Source of the DNA: Catajapyx aquilonaris
Lineage: Eukaryota
Assembly (NCBI GenBank): GCA_000934665.2
Contig: JYFJ02003009.1
Span: 1-47,424, forward strand
Direction: 5' to 3'
Length of the DNA stretch: 47,424 nt
This document shows positions 1 through 14,232 of this stretch, piece by piece (within the stretch, counting starts at the first letter, position 1; every line of letters starts with the position of its first letter). The translations under genes were made by a program, and so were the position numbers. The notes beneath the pieces are model-generated. The model searched no databases, had not been told where the DNA came from, and saw nothing but the letters and a program-made list of their open reading frames with translations.

Positions 1-3000
1 AGACTGCCGGGCGAACCGCACTTTATTACCAACATGGAAGGGGAAAACTAGCAATGAAAATACCTGATGAAAAGCTGGGTAATTAATTACCCGAACCCCC
101 TCCTGGTGTAACGCCAGAGCGTATTTTTTAGGGCGATCGGATTAAGCCAATCAAGCACTCGGATTCGAAGCTGGAAAAGACCAGAGCAAAGTAACATATT
201 TTTTTTCTCCAAGCGCATTGTTAGAGAAAGCCTATCGATTCTCAAATCCTGTGGGTATTTTTTATTTTCGCCCCAAAAAATGTTATCCCTTTAGTGACTG
301 ACATGTTATGGAAAAATGTTGGATGGAGCTTAACACTGAAGACGTTAATACCCTATTTTTGGGGGGGAAAGTGCAAGGGCCTGTCTGTTGGTGACATCGA
401 CTTAGCATAATTTTACAACTTTTATTGACAATTCTGCAAAATCCTGATGAATGTGGATACAGATTGTCACAAGCATCCCGACAGAAGTCTATACCGCACC
501 CTTAGGAGTGATAAAAACACAAAATGGAATTTTGGTGTTCAGTCTGGGAAAAGGGCTGGAAGGGGAATTGGGATCAAAAGGGCGTGGTGAATCGGCAAAA
601 TGGGCCCCGAGGACTACTCTTACATGCATTTCCATTAATGCGACTCTCATCTGAGTTTCAAAGCGAGGCGATATCATGTTGTTTTTGTGTTCTGTTGGCA
701 GCCACGTTCATTTCACACTGACGGAATTGACGAAAATTTACATCGCACTACTGCTGATGGCTTTGCTCTCATCTAAATGTTGCCAAGCGACTAATCAGTA
801 TTAAAAATACCAATTTGTATCTGAAACTGAATAAAAATATTGAAAGATTTCTCTTGCGAAACATCTAAACTGTATAACCGCCTCATATTTCAGCTTCCAA
901 GCTGATTAACACCACATTACGCTCGAAAAGCATCATGTAATTATCCACCGCCAGTGTCGCACTTCACCAAATCTATCCGGTTGCCTAAACTAATTTTGTC
1001 TCCAAATGTCAGTCCTGACGTCACCCCGCACTGTAAGTCATCCGCCGTTAGTGAAATAGCTTATTCAACATGGGAGAAGTTTTCTTTCCGATCCCCCGGT
1101 CTATCCAAGGTTGTCAAACTCACGGTCTCCCCATTGGCCCCAATGTAAATAGCAATCGAGCCTTGATGCTAGAATGGAGCTCATCCCTGACTCTATGCGT
1201 TCTATGTGAACGGAGAGGGATCTATCCGGATTTTTACATGGGACCGACCATCCTATCGGAAAGGATCCGGCTTTACTCTACTTTTGTGTCCTGATGCTCA
1301 AAAGCGACCCGACCAACAAACAAATCGTCGCTCTATTTTTTAAAAAAAAATAGTGCTGGATGAAACTGATTGCTGATTATATTTGAATGTTCTGGATGTA
1401 TTACATTGTGTCAAATGATTTTATGCTAAAAGTACTGAACATTTTTTCCGTGACAAACTTGGCATCGTTGCAGGAACAGTCTTTATTTTGGAGCACTCCA
1501 TCTCCTCCTGAAGGCAATGTAAGACGAAAACAACGGTACAGAACCGAAGGCTTCTCTAACCGTGAACAAATCAATAGAGCAGGATACAAACAAATAGTCC
1601 CAACTATAACACATGGTGCTCAATATTTTCTTCCCATTTTTAATATACACCATATGGTTTGTTTGTAGTCACGTACGGTACGACTTTTAGGAGTTGATAC
1701 CTGATCATTTGTCAGATAGTTTAGTGACAAAGCGTGTTGCACATCATGTTTCAAGTGTAATAAGCCTCCGGGATTATCCGGCATCATGATTTCCCAGAGT
1801 TGTCAGCTATGTCAGAATTCTACCAAGCAAAGTCGCATCAACTCTATAATCGCCTTATCTCGGTTACATCTTGAAAGAATGACTAAAAACCTCACAAGGG
1901 GTCAGGCAGCTTCCAACTTTACATTTGGATGAAGAAGAATCTTGGAGGTTTTATAATCAACTTTTCAGAGGCAAAGGCAAAGGAGACTTAACTGGCCAAT
2001 AAAGCGAACTGCACTCGCACTTTAAATCTTGTTACATTTTAAGCCCCGGCTGTCAGGGCAAGTTGGCGGAATTCGTTACTGGGCCGCGGATCCGTCCGGA
2101 TAGAATGGCTTCGGGGGGAAGTGTGCAGGAATTGTTCCGGAGTTGGCGATACATGCCCAAGACGCGAATTAGTCAACTCTATAGTGTACCAGACACATTT
2201 CGTGAAGTTTCCAACTTTGGTGGAGGTAACAAACCGTGAGTAAAATGAAGTTCGATAGTCAGTGACGTAAAAGTTATTCGGATGTGTGTGACCCAATATG
2301 AAATGCATTAATCGCGCTTTTTACGAGTGTGAATACGTGTAATTTTGTAAGGGTTTCCTGTCTGCCCAGACTTGTTATTGTGCGCCTTCCTGACCACCAA
2401 GCGTAAATTGCAAAAGCAGCTTGTTATCATGTTTTGCAACTATTCTCACCTGACGCTACCACCTCTATAAGGATAACGAGTTAATGCATGTTTACGATGA
2501 CTTTGACGTCAAACTTGGTTATTCAACCCACCATCCTAATTTCTGACGAGCACCCAGCCAAAAGAGAGGCTCTTGCGTACACTAATACTAATTAACCATA
2601 GTGCCTAATTTGGGATACGTGTGAATAATTGTGTTTGCGAATAGCAAATGACAGGGCGACGCCATTTTATCCCTGGCAGGTTGTGACCAAACATGTTTTT
2701 TCATTCAGGTGAAAGCGGGGTGACACGACGCGACGTAGTACATCGTGTCCCCCCTCCTATGCGATTCTGACAGGTGGACATTAGTTCTAATTGATGTTTC
2801 CATCCCCCGTCAACATCTGGCTTTGACTTGGCCTCAAGACCTGAAGGTTTTGCCTTGGATTACACCGCCCTTTCCCCACTATCTTACACTCCAGACATTC
2901 AATTTTGGAGTGTCCGATAATGTCTCCAATATGTCAAGAAGGACGTTTTTAGGATTAACCACACTGATCCAACTCCGCCAGAGTGGATTTTACTTCAAGG

Positions 3001-6000
3001 GTGACATGTCACTTGGGACAATAATTCTGGTGCGTCAAGAAGGTTGTAAGTTCATCGAAAGTATTTGCATCATTTAGTGAGGTTGCGTGTTGTTGTGAAT
3101 ACGATATTATTGCGGTTAAGATATAAAATGCGCCTTTAAAATTAACATTACATCTGCCAATTGAAATAATTAACTATTCCATACTTTTAATGACAAATTT
3201 TCATTAAAATATTTGTAAATATTTGAACAGAATCCTTTAAAATTGCAAAAATTTGAATGTTTAATAAAAAATATTTGAATCTGCTTTTAATAGTACAGTA
3301 CTTGATTATGTTGAATTTGATCTTTCTGACATAACATTTAAGCAATTTATGTACTGAACTACTGTACGTTTATATGCACAGTTTCATACTATTCTGAGAT
3401 GAAAATTTTAATATTGACGGATGGACAACTGTCAAATAACAGCGCAAACATGAGTGCGTACTAAATGTACCAGCACTTTAATAATTGATGTATGGCACTT
3501 CTGATAATTCCATCGCTCCCACAAGTGCGCAGTATGAAACGTAACAGTTCACAAACTACGTGCACTTCATGCACATTAGGCACTGCCAGGAACAATTTAC
3601 GTGTATACAAGGTACGCGTAGTATGCCCTTTCACCCCCTGTTAACCTCGTGGTATATAATATTCACACTGAAAAATTGCTTCGACGTAATAATTGTCGAC
3701 AACAATAAATCTGTTGCAGACAATACACTTTTTATTTCCTGCAGATCAAGTTCCACATACTGGTAATGAACAAGAGACGTTAATTGCAAGAGTCCATTGG
3801 TGACTAGTGTAGCGTTTATCCTCCGCAATATTAACAGGTTCATGTGTGCATGAAGCAGATACTACTGCATCACTCTCCCCTCCTCCCCACCCCCTCCTTC
3901 TTCCTGGATTCCAATTTGGCCCCTATTAATCAAGAGGAGCGGTAAACATGATCAGATATCACTACACTCCAGACCATCATAATGAAAGAATAATAATTAA
4001 ACTTTGTGATTACGCGGCTCCAACTTGAATATAGGTGCGCAAATTTTCATTGTAACCGATATTTTTTTGCACTGAACTTCATTAGGCAAGAACCTCATTT
4101 TCTGCCAAATAATTGTTTTAAAAATTAGGCTGGAAATTATAATAAAAATGTAACACGATGTGGCTTCAAACACACCCGTTTCATGGAATAATAGAGGCTT
4201 TTAATTTCCAGCCATAATTGGGATCCTCATTAGAGAAGCGCGATAAAAAAAATAGTAATGCCGTTTGACAACTCCTACATTTTTTTTTCTAGCCCGAATC
4301 TACAAGGAATATCGAATCAAATTACATCCGCTTACAAGTGTATCTGAAACTGACTGGTTCCCAATTCAAGTTCAATCAGCGAATCCTCCTACTGTATACT
4401 GATGATGGGTAATGGAATTAGGAGAGGGTTTTTGGAATAAGAGGGGGGATATTGGGAAGGAATGGAAGGTATGGGGATGTTCCAAAGTCGACTGCCTCAC
4501 TGCTCCCTAATCGTGTTTTCATCGAATTATCCAACGTTTAATTTCTGTGTGCGTTGTAGCTATGATTGCTTAGCAAACCACTCGATCAATGTTCAGCATC
4601 GTGCCGCTTGGGAAATACAGGTTTAGAGATTTTTTTGAAAATCTATTTTGAGAATAAGTAGGATGTACAATACGTACATATAAACATGAGGTTTTTAATC
4701 AGGATTGCAGTGTAACTTACATTGGTCTGGCCTCTCCAACACTGCCCGTTAATTAGTTCCATTACACTAATTACAGTATCCTTGCAGGTGGAATCGGGAA
4801 AACGTCAGGGATCGGAGAAACAGCTCAATATGTAATCACACAGTGAGACACTGCCTCCATCTCTAATATTGCAGTTTCTGCCAGATTATAGCAGTTGTAG
4901 GTCACTTTAAAGTAATATAAATATGAAGTGTAATCCACCATGTGTACAGTCTCATAACCACAGTGCAATTTCCATCCTAGTAACATGGGTGCTCAAAGCA
5001 ATATTTTCTAGTGCTTCATTAATTCATCCATCGCACAAAATAAATTTTTTAAAAAAAACCTCTATACCTCCACATAAAAAGGAACAAAGATTTTTTAAAT
5101 AGGAAAGCCTTGATTGTGTTCACACTGCGATTCATTTATTGAAAATGTGCACTTTTTTAAATATTTAACAATCGAGCATAAAGGGCGCTAATTTTCGCCT
5201 GCACTGTTCAGGCTATAGAAAATTTTTGTTTGCACCACATGTTTCGTCAAAAACTGTAAATTGGAAAATCTGAATAAGCACGTTTCCCCTCCCAGCTTTA
5301 ATGGGTCAAGGACCAGGTTCATTACCGTAAAATTTCCGAAGCTAGGGAATCGAAAAATATATGGGGTAGTTAATTTGCATCCATCTATAGGGCGGTAAAT
5401 ATTTGGTCAGCGCAAATGTTTTTCGGTCGGATCAAATAATCGCGTCGACTTTTTACACTTTTTTTCCAAGGGGTCCTGTCAAAATTTTATTAAGGTAGAT
5501 GCAGGTGAATCAGTCTCAGCTTCTGTCGATGAGCACTCGAGGTTTGTCCCATTAAAGTCTCGCTTTTTTTCCCATGAACACCGCTTTGAAGCTTGTGTAA
5601 ATGAAAGTAGGTTGCATTTAGGCGATCAAAGCTGTGCAGAACAGCTTCATCTGCTATGGCCACTATTTCACCGAGCAAACCATTGTAAAAGCCACAAGCA
5701 GGGTTTTTCTAACGCATAGTTCATCAGGGAGTCATTTCATTGATAGTGCATATCACTCAAACGTTACATTACATGCCCTTGTAATGAAGAGCAGTAAAGC
5801 TATACAGTGTATTTGTCTATAAAATTATTTATGCGTCACACACGATATGTTGTACAGTACATGCAAAGTACTATGGTCAAAAAAGATGCGGACAAACATC
5901 GATGTTGAATTATTAATTTTAAAATAATTTTTGCGCGACTAAAAATTTCATATGCCAAAATAACATGGCAATATCATCAAACTTTAATTTCTCTCCCGAC

Positions 6001-8083
6001 TATATAAACACCACAGTGACATTCGGTATTTGTGCAGCAAATGAATTACAACTCTGGTATCTAGTATACGAGGGGGTATTAATCAAGTTGATCATTGTGG
6101 CCAGCAAGTGGGCCATTCGAATATATGGAGTGGGTGTAAAGTTAGTTTCAGCTGAAAGGTTTTAATGTCACGTTTTAATCGATGCTGTTCAGTTCCACAC
6201 CTGAGTCCCCCACATCAACTCATTATTTTTCAAACAAAAAAAGCAACCTCGTTCGCAACTTTATCATGGTCCAAATTCTCCTAAAAATCTTCAAACTCTT
6301 GCAGGCTGATGGCCTTCAAGATTCAGACGGAAAAAAAGACGTGTGGCCTTAATAATTGTGTCGAGGCGCAAACAACATTTTTTTTTCTCTCTGTCTCTCT
6401 TTTCCTTGCCTGGGGACCCTTCCTTCTCATTGTCAAAAGAAGAAAGAGTTCTCCAGGTCGGCATTTGTGCAACCTGAACTTGCAGAGGCAGATAATGAGG
6501 CACACTCTTAAGGTTTCATAACCGGGGTCGAGTTCCCTCATTAATATTTTTTGTTGCATCAAAATGTGCGAAAAAATATGTGTATGCACCGACTGTTTGA
6601 TCAGCTATAGATACAAGCTGTGTGCTGTAGTTCGCAAAAGCTATTTTGGCTTGAGGCAAACGGATTCCAATACCGTCCCGTTTCTCAAGACCGCGGTGAT
6701 TAATTTTGCACATAATACCGCCGCAAAGTCTAAATTCCGTTGGGATGAGGTTCGGAACAGGGGCTTTCCCTTTGAGGCAGCATCTTTGATACGGAACTGG
6801 ATCCGGTAGTCGCCGCACGTTTAGCGGATTTTCCACGACGATTAGAATCGTTGTCCTGAGGGGACTATAGTCGGCAACAGGTTTGTCCACACTCTATGTT
6901 GTTGTTGTTTCCAAAAGTATGTTGTGCTTGCAAATATTATGGCTCTTTAAAAAAAACACAATGAAACCAATATTATCGCGATGAAGGATGATTAAATTGG
7001 TTGTGCACCCTACTTGATAGCTGCGTAGTTGTCTTAATTAATTACGTTGTTGTCATTAATTCTGGCATGAGAGCCATAGAAAAATTGTTAAAAAACCGCT
7101 CTTGAGGGCTGTAAATGAGGCTAATTGCTCATACCACGTTTGCGTTGGTCAGGGCACGAGCTATAGTTTCAAACAATCCACAGCGTTTATTGCTCGTGGC
7201 AATCCCGCAAATTCCGCTAGATCCCATTCATTATTGTGAGTTTAAAATAATGCAAGTTCTCTCAGGGGTTACAGGTAACATGACAGCCGGTCATTGCTGG
7301 TAAACGGTAGAGGATTAAGAACATTAGGAAAGATTCGAAATTGTCTAGCCTGTACACTAATGAGGAGAAAATATCACAGACTTCTTTAGAAGGCAATTAC
7401 TCGTCTTTCTTTTTAAAAGGAAATCCTTCGAGAAATAAAGAAGTTTTTCCAAGCTGTCGTTTGCAGCCGGTAACTTTTTTCGCAAGGCACAAAGGGGAGT
7501 GCTTCTTGGCCTAATTTGCTAATGATTTATATAACCTTTAACTTTCTGCGCATGAAATATTGATTGAAGCGGAAAACTGTGTTTTAGTGAAAAAATTTTA
7601 AAGGGTACTGTATAGCCTCTTGGTATGGACAAAGTTCAGATTTCATGCCTGATTAGGCAGCAAAACATTACGCAATTAGCTATTCAGTAATATTCATTTT
7701 TCGCATAGTTGTTTTGAGAAGTGTTGGAAGATACGCAGGCAGTGTTACATTTAATGCTACTGATTGAATATACTCATTGAACTCATTATTATGCACGTTT
7801 ACATCTCCCTCAACTAATACTGATTCGATGATTGTAACGAGTTAATTAACATGCGCTTTGACATAATTGTCCATTCCTGTGTTATATTAATGACAAATCA
7901 ATGTTATGTGACATGCACAATGCATTTTGAGAACCGTGACATATTTCGACATTTGTCACCAGTAATCTGTCGCAATTGGCACATTCTTATAGGGCCGGAT
8001 TGTCCCAGGTCGTAAATATTACTATTGATGTATCAGACCCTTATTGGACCATAAGATGAAAAAGGGTCGTCGGACCTACTCAC

Positions 8084-8485
8084 GTGGTTCGCAGGACCTT
8101 AGCCACTGTGGTCCTCCAGATGACCACCTTCTTCTTCACGTCCCTCCACTTCTTCTTCGCCTATGAACTCAGCAGGAGGTGGCAGCATCGAGCTCATCTT
8201 GTCTCCAGAAGGTTTGACGTGAGGTAAAGGTCGAGTCCCCCCTCCGACTTGTGTCAGAGCCCCTTCTGGCGACGGCCCCAGTTCTGCTCCTCTCTTTGCC
8301 ATGTACAGGAGTCACCATGGCAACTTACTCCTCCTCCTCCTCCTCTCCCCTCACACCACCACCCTTGCCTTTCTTGCATGCGCCCTGTGTACCTTTCATT
8401 GCTTTTCCTTTTCTGATGATTTGTTCTCTCTCTCTACATGCTGATTCGGACCGGCGGATGGGACCGCGTTTGGGGTCCACCGCGA
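8084..8485 (-). other. Exon-like island: possible unannotated spliced transcript or decayed Myb/SANT-like gene fragment
   Basis: Two segments bounded by canonical splice signals (8485-8329, TTTCAG/GTAAGT; 8160-8084, CATAG/GTGAGT). The second reads AKKKWRDVKKKV in one frame. Confidence 0.3.
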
Positions 8486-11400
8486 CTGAAACGACAAACA
8501 GGATATTGGAAGTCGGGTGTTATTATTGGGTTATCCTGCTAGGTCCCCCTCGAGGCCTGTTTGGTTATATGCGGCGGATACTTCTTGCGGAGGTTGAACT
8601 GTAGGCATGTCGATCATATTATAGTTGTCTTTTACAGTTTCAGTAAGGGTTGCGGTTTTTGGCTGTCAGTTGTTGCGGGTTTCGGTGACTTACTCTGTCG
8701 GGGTGTGACAGGCTGGGACAAATATATTGTATACCTGAATGCAGACTCGTTATCGAGATAATGGGATTCCAAATGTGGCAAAAATTGAGTGAATGCACTC
8801 GCTACGACTACATTATATAATATACACACAACAATCAAGAATTTCAGTGACTTATAAATCGAGCTAAATAGAAAATTGCACAGTTCATAGATATTAATAT
8901 CTGTGACTGCAATTATGATATATCCTCAATGCACATACCAGTGCTGTTATACTGTACTGTACCTTAGCATTGATATATTTTGCAAGGTGGAATTGGGGCT
9001 ACTCTGCAAGGTTACGAGCGTCAAGACTCCATAGTTGTCAATTCAAAAATATTCTCTGAAACTTTACTGTAATATGACTTCGCCGAAAATCAAGGCTGTC
9101 ACGCCCCATGTGACATGTTCAGGGTTGCCTTGGAGAAGCCAATGCCAAACTTAGAATGACTGGAGCCGCACAAGTCTCTCATGTCATTGCAGGACGTTTC
9201 CAGGGAAGGTATAAACCCCTTTCAACCGAGCCAGAATTACACCAAGTACGACCTTGACATGCAGCACTGTTCAGAACTATATTTCTACTTACAAAATTCA
9301 GATTGGCTGGACACCAACAATTTGGTGGTTTCATTATAGCTATTTATATTTTTTAGATAAGCAGTTAGTCACGTACGACTTGCTAATTTTGCAATTAATT
9401 TAAGGAGATCCTCCAGATTAAGGTGAATTTACCTGTGCACTGAACACAGATGCTTAGCAATTAGTACTTTACTATCTCGTTGCACTGTCGGATATGAAGT
9501 CATCGCCCTATAACACTTTGTATTCCGTCTCTTCACACCCCAAGTATTCATTTGGCCCATGATTTCGTTATTACCGGCAGCAGTAAGAGTCCATTAGCCC
9601 AGCAGTAATATTGTCCAAAGTCGCCCAGTAATGGCGTCACGTTTGCTGTTTATTAGCCGACTCTTCTCCTAGAATCCCCCGGCCGCACATTCCGTGATTG
9701 GGTTTTTTAAAAATAATTAGGGGGGACGTGCCCTGATTCGTGCCAACGAGGCTTTTCAGTTCGAGAAGAATGGAGGCGGACTTCGTTATTTTCACTTCCC
9801 CCCCCCTGCTCGTTGTGGAGGCAATTCCGGAAGAAAAAAAGAAGCGTCATCATCTCAAAAATGCCTCCCCATAACGAGCTGTTCTCGTGAAAAGGATAAA
9901 GAAGGGAGGGTCATCCCTGGAGGATAGATAGATGCAGCCCTGTTACTGGCCAAGAAATCCGGGACGATAATCCGGGGTCCACCGCACAAAAGAAGTGCGT
10001 CTGATGGGCCCTAGGCCTTTTGTTGGCCCAAAGCATTTTACGGGACCATCCAACTCTTATTACTTCATGATGAATGTGATTTCAGTGTTCGGCCAGGGGA
10101 TTTCGGGTTCGGACTCTCTTTTTATTGGGGGGACACTTTTTCCATCAGAGTTGGATTGGGTCCTTCAATCCCTCCCACGGTTATCCACTTGCAGGAAGTC
10201 CAAATTGGATCAACGAGACGGCATGAAAGCACAGAAAATGGACACACTTGGTGCTATGTTTGTGCTCATATTAGGAGGATTTATATAGGCATGTTGAATG
10301 AATGACAAGCTTTGGAAGCAGAAGCGCACGTAGGAGGATCAGCATTGCGGTCCTCTGTGTATATGGATAGCCCTGTTTAGCACTTCGTAGTTGATTATGT
10401 TCATGGTTATTGAAGAGCATGAAGCATGAATGACTCTGCTGGAGGCTGCTGAAGATGTTCTTATTCAAAGCCTACTGCGTGGGATGCGTGCTACAAAGCA
10501 GTGTTGTCAAAATGATGCTATATCGTGTTATATCAAAGGTACTCTAAAGCACCGCCCTGATACCATCACAGATGGGTATCAAAATTTGTGAAAATCTCGG
10601 TCGTAACTTATTGCAAAAATCAGGTAGGACTGTCCGATATCAGGATTCCCATATTGAAAATCGATGTGGCACAAATATCGCCTCGTATCGACACGAACTG
10701 TTATAAATGTAAATCAATAGCAGCAAGGTGTTCAGTATATCATCTAATTCATTACTGACATGTCGCTCAATTGACAATATTTTTTGAGTGAGAATTCTGC
10801 ACTATATATATAGAGAATACACGGTCCATATGATCATCAGCAATACTTTCTATTAGTGCAACCATCTCACAGAGGTAATAAGAACTGCTAATAGGACTAT
10901 TGAGCGCTTTCAATCATCGGAACTGACATGATGAAGGTGATTCAGTGTAATCTTGCTGATCCGCACAGCTAGAGGTAATTTAAACCTCCAACTGCAAACG
11001 AGCTGCAAATGATGCTGGGCATTTCGGTCTCTCTCCAGCCATGATGAGGTGGTTATTACTGAAGCTAACAGCAGGCAAAAGAAGAAAAAAACTACTTTTT
11101 TATCATTAACGAATTGGAAATGCCATGAGCATGATCCCTGCAGTTATTTCAGGCTTATCTAGGCTACTGAGCTCTTTTAGGGTTTAATGCTCATGTCTGA
11201 TTTGATAAGCAGTAATAAGTCATTATGAACCATTCTTGCAATGTCTAGAACTGAAATACATCTCAGGTGGAACACACTAAGAAATGTACAGTACATAGAA
11301 GTATAGCATGGAAAATGCAATAATGTTTCACTGGTCCATTTCTCGTTTTCTAATTTCGTAAAGTTGTGCGTCCCTTTTTTTTCAAGTTTTTTCTTGCTCC

Positions 11401-11907
11401 ACTTGTGCTTTTTCTAGTTCCATCGTTTCTTTTTCTGGAACGCCTACGCCTGGGTGTATTCCCTGCGGGATATTCGTTGAGACACATTGGCCTTTACAGG
11501 CCTTAGGGAACCTTTGGTCCGTGGGCTTTGAAAAATGGGGTCAGTTGGTTGGTTCTGCACAAATACCAGGATTATTTTTTCATCGGGCAAACAGGGGTCA
11601 TGCTCATCCGTAATAATTAATCTTCTTCTTGTGGGTTGAGAAGTAAAAGTTTGGGAAGATAATAACTTTTATAAGGCAATGTCCTGAGAGACAACAAAAA
11701 GTTGCAGGTTAGGCCATAAACAAAAATGTTACATATAATCTTATCTCCATTGAACTTTTGAGATGGCAATGGCAGTGATATACTGCTTAGCTAATCGCTG
11801 AGTTTTTGCCATGTTTGCTAAATATTTTGCGCATTAATTTCTGATAACAACAAGCTTATCCATTTCGGATTTGGGGTCAATGTTGGCATCACTGACAATA
11901 TTGCTGT

Positions 11908-11937
11908 TGGCAACACTGCCAGTTCAAAGATGGCGGC
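11908..11937 (+). promoter_or_regulatory. Promoter-proximal motifs of GTDC1: YY1-type AAGATGGCGGC and TGGCAACACTG
   Basis: AAGATGGCGGC (11927-11937) matches the YY1/Pho consensus about 100 nt upstream of the ATG; TGGCAACACTG at 11908-11918. Confidence 0.5.
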
Positions 11938-12029
11938 GCCTGCTGTTTGCAAAGAGAGTTGAAATCTGGACCGTTTTGCTCAAGGTTTTGCTAATTTCTG
12001 CGTTAAAGCTGGCGAAATACGTGGCAGGC

Positions 12030-12143
12030 ATGGCCGGAAACGATGAAGTGCTCTTTCTGGAGCCGTTTTACGGAGGATCTCATAAGCAGCTGATCGACAC
12101 GCTCATGGAAGGTGTGTCATAATATGTGCGACATTGGTGGATC

Positions 12144-12203
<60 letters not shown>

Positions 12204-13464
12204 ACAGGAAGAGCTGATACATGTCTCCATACACTTCCCGCAACCAAGTGGCACTGGAGAGCCAGAACGAGTGCTTTGCACTTCGCACAGACAGTCCCAA
12301 AGGTGCATAAGTTCAGGTGATGTAATTATTAAATTCTTACTTTACACTCCCAACTAATACAAAGTGTAAGTCATACGAAAAAGGCTATTGTGCTGAAGGA
12401 AATCATTGCAATGCTTATCTTTTTGCAGGGTTTTATTTGCAAGTTCTGTGCTGAATTTGTCGGAACTGATGTCTCTGAGGCCAGACTTGGCTGCCTTGCA
12501 CAAAGTGGTGTACTTTCATGAGAATCAACTTGTGTACCCAGTAAGGAAGCATCAAGAGAGGGATTTTCAGTATGGCTATAATCAGATCTTAACCTGGTAG
12601 GTATAACTCACAAAATTGTCAGTATATTGTTATTGGTGAAGTAAATGCATCTTGCGTGAGAGAGCTATCCTTCAAACAAAATCAGGCATTATTGCGGCTT
12701 TCTGTAACTTGTATTTGTTTTAACATGCAAGTGAAAACCTCTTGATTGGTATCAGTCTTGTTGCAGACAAGGTAGTGTTCAACTCCCACTACAACATGGA
12801 ATCATTTCTTGGCTCCATTTCAACGTTCTTCAAACTACAGCCCGACCACAGGCCTAAAGGCTTGGAAGAACAGATTCGGCCAAAGTGCAGCGTCTTGTAC
12901 TTTCCACTACAATTTCCACCTTGCATCAATCGTGTTGCAACAGACAAGCCACTGCACATAGTGTGGCCTCATCGATGGGAACATGACAAGGATCCAGACA
13001 CTTTCTTTTCAGTCCTGGACACCCTGACTCAGTATGGCCTTGACTTTCGCGTCTCCATCTTGGGCCAAAGTTACAACTGCATGCCGGAAGTGTTTGAGAG
13101 TGCACGCAATAACCTTGGTCATAAGTTAGTACATTTTGGTCACCTCCCATGTCGAGAGGATTATTACACAGCGTTGCGAGATGCAGATGTGGTTGTGTCG
13201 ACTGCCATACACGAGTTCTATGGAGTAGCTATGATAGAAGCATCTTATTGTGGTTGTTATCCTTTGTGTCCGAATCGACTTGCATATCCTGAAATATTCC
13301 CACCAGAGTGCCTGTATAATACGACAGCTCAGCTTGTTAAATCATTAGCCTCATTCTGCAAGAAGCCATACTTGGCTCATCATAAATGGAATAAACTTGG
13401 ACTTGAATTTGAAAAGTACAGTTGGGACTCGCTTAAGAGCAGTTACAATGCACTTCTGAAATAA
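12030..13464 (+). CDS. GTDC1: Glycosyltransferase-like domain-containing protein 1 (tRNA-queuosine mannosyltransferase, QTMAN/GTDC1); 4 exons, about 355 aa
   Basis: Exons 12030-12111, 12208-12316, 12429-12596 and 12756-13464 join in frame through GT-AG introns (1068 nt). Motifs [62 protein letters not shown] and PNRLAYPEI are characteristic of GTDC1. Confidence 0.93.
12145..12201. repeat. (ATT)19 microsatellite in GTDC1 intron 1
   Basis: Perfect ATT run directly before the ACACAG acceptor. Confidence 0.97.
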
Positions 13465-14232
13465 AATTATTTGTAAAAGTGAATTGTTGTGCTTAAGTTA
13501 TTCATTACGCAGTTATGTCGCATTCCCACACGTAGAGGCATGCCATATCAGAGCCAAAATCGTGGTCAAAATGATGCAGAAGTTCCATAATGATTTTTAA
13601 AAAGGTTTAGGCCTCACCTTGTATGTTTGAAATATTATTAGGATTAAGTAGGCCTACGATATACGTATGCTTGGGAACTCTTGCATAGGCTACCTACCAG
13701 CTTCATGGTTGGTGCTTAGGATGGTTTCCCCCAGCAAGGGTAGTTTCACAGTTGTAGCTGGTAACCTTTCACCACAAAATGGTTGCTTCTCAGAAGACTG
13801 ACTTCTCTGGCTACTCAGCCACCATAATTATGCAGGTGATACACATGAGCATTGAGCAATCCCACAAGGCGGCGGAAGATTTGAGCATAATTGCCAGTGT
13901 TGCAGAGCATATGTACCAAGCCTGGGGAGCATTTTGTGAAAAAGTGTCAGAGCAGGGGAATAATGAAACATAAGCATGCACTATAAAGATGGACATAGTC
14001 AAGATCTCTGGAGAGTTCAATAGCCTTCCTCTGGTCTCCAATGCAATGTGAGCATGCACTAGTGATTTCATAATCTTGACATAATATGTGCAACATTAGC
14101 TTTGGAATTGAAAGAGAACTGGTTTTTCAATGAACTTTTCGGAGATCCTTATAAATTCCATCTTCATTCTTTTGGCTGTACAAAGTCAATTTGTTGCATA
14201 AACCAGCAAGCACTTTCCCATAGGTGTAGTTA

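Noticed and set aside
6067..6165. TACGAGGGGGTATTAATCAAGTT, resembling a mariner-type terminus
   Set aside because: No matching opposite end or transposase remnant found, so it is too weak to call.
6720..6910. Possible SINE ending in (GTT)n
   Set aside because: No convincing Pol III A/B boxes, no TSD and no second copy in the window.
12103..12357. ORFs with poly-Ile, poly-Asn or poly-Tyr
   Set aside because: They are translations of the intronic (ATT)n repeat; the real frame splices it out.
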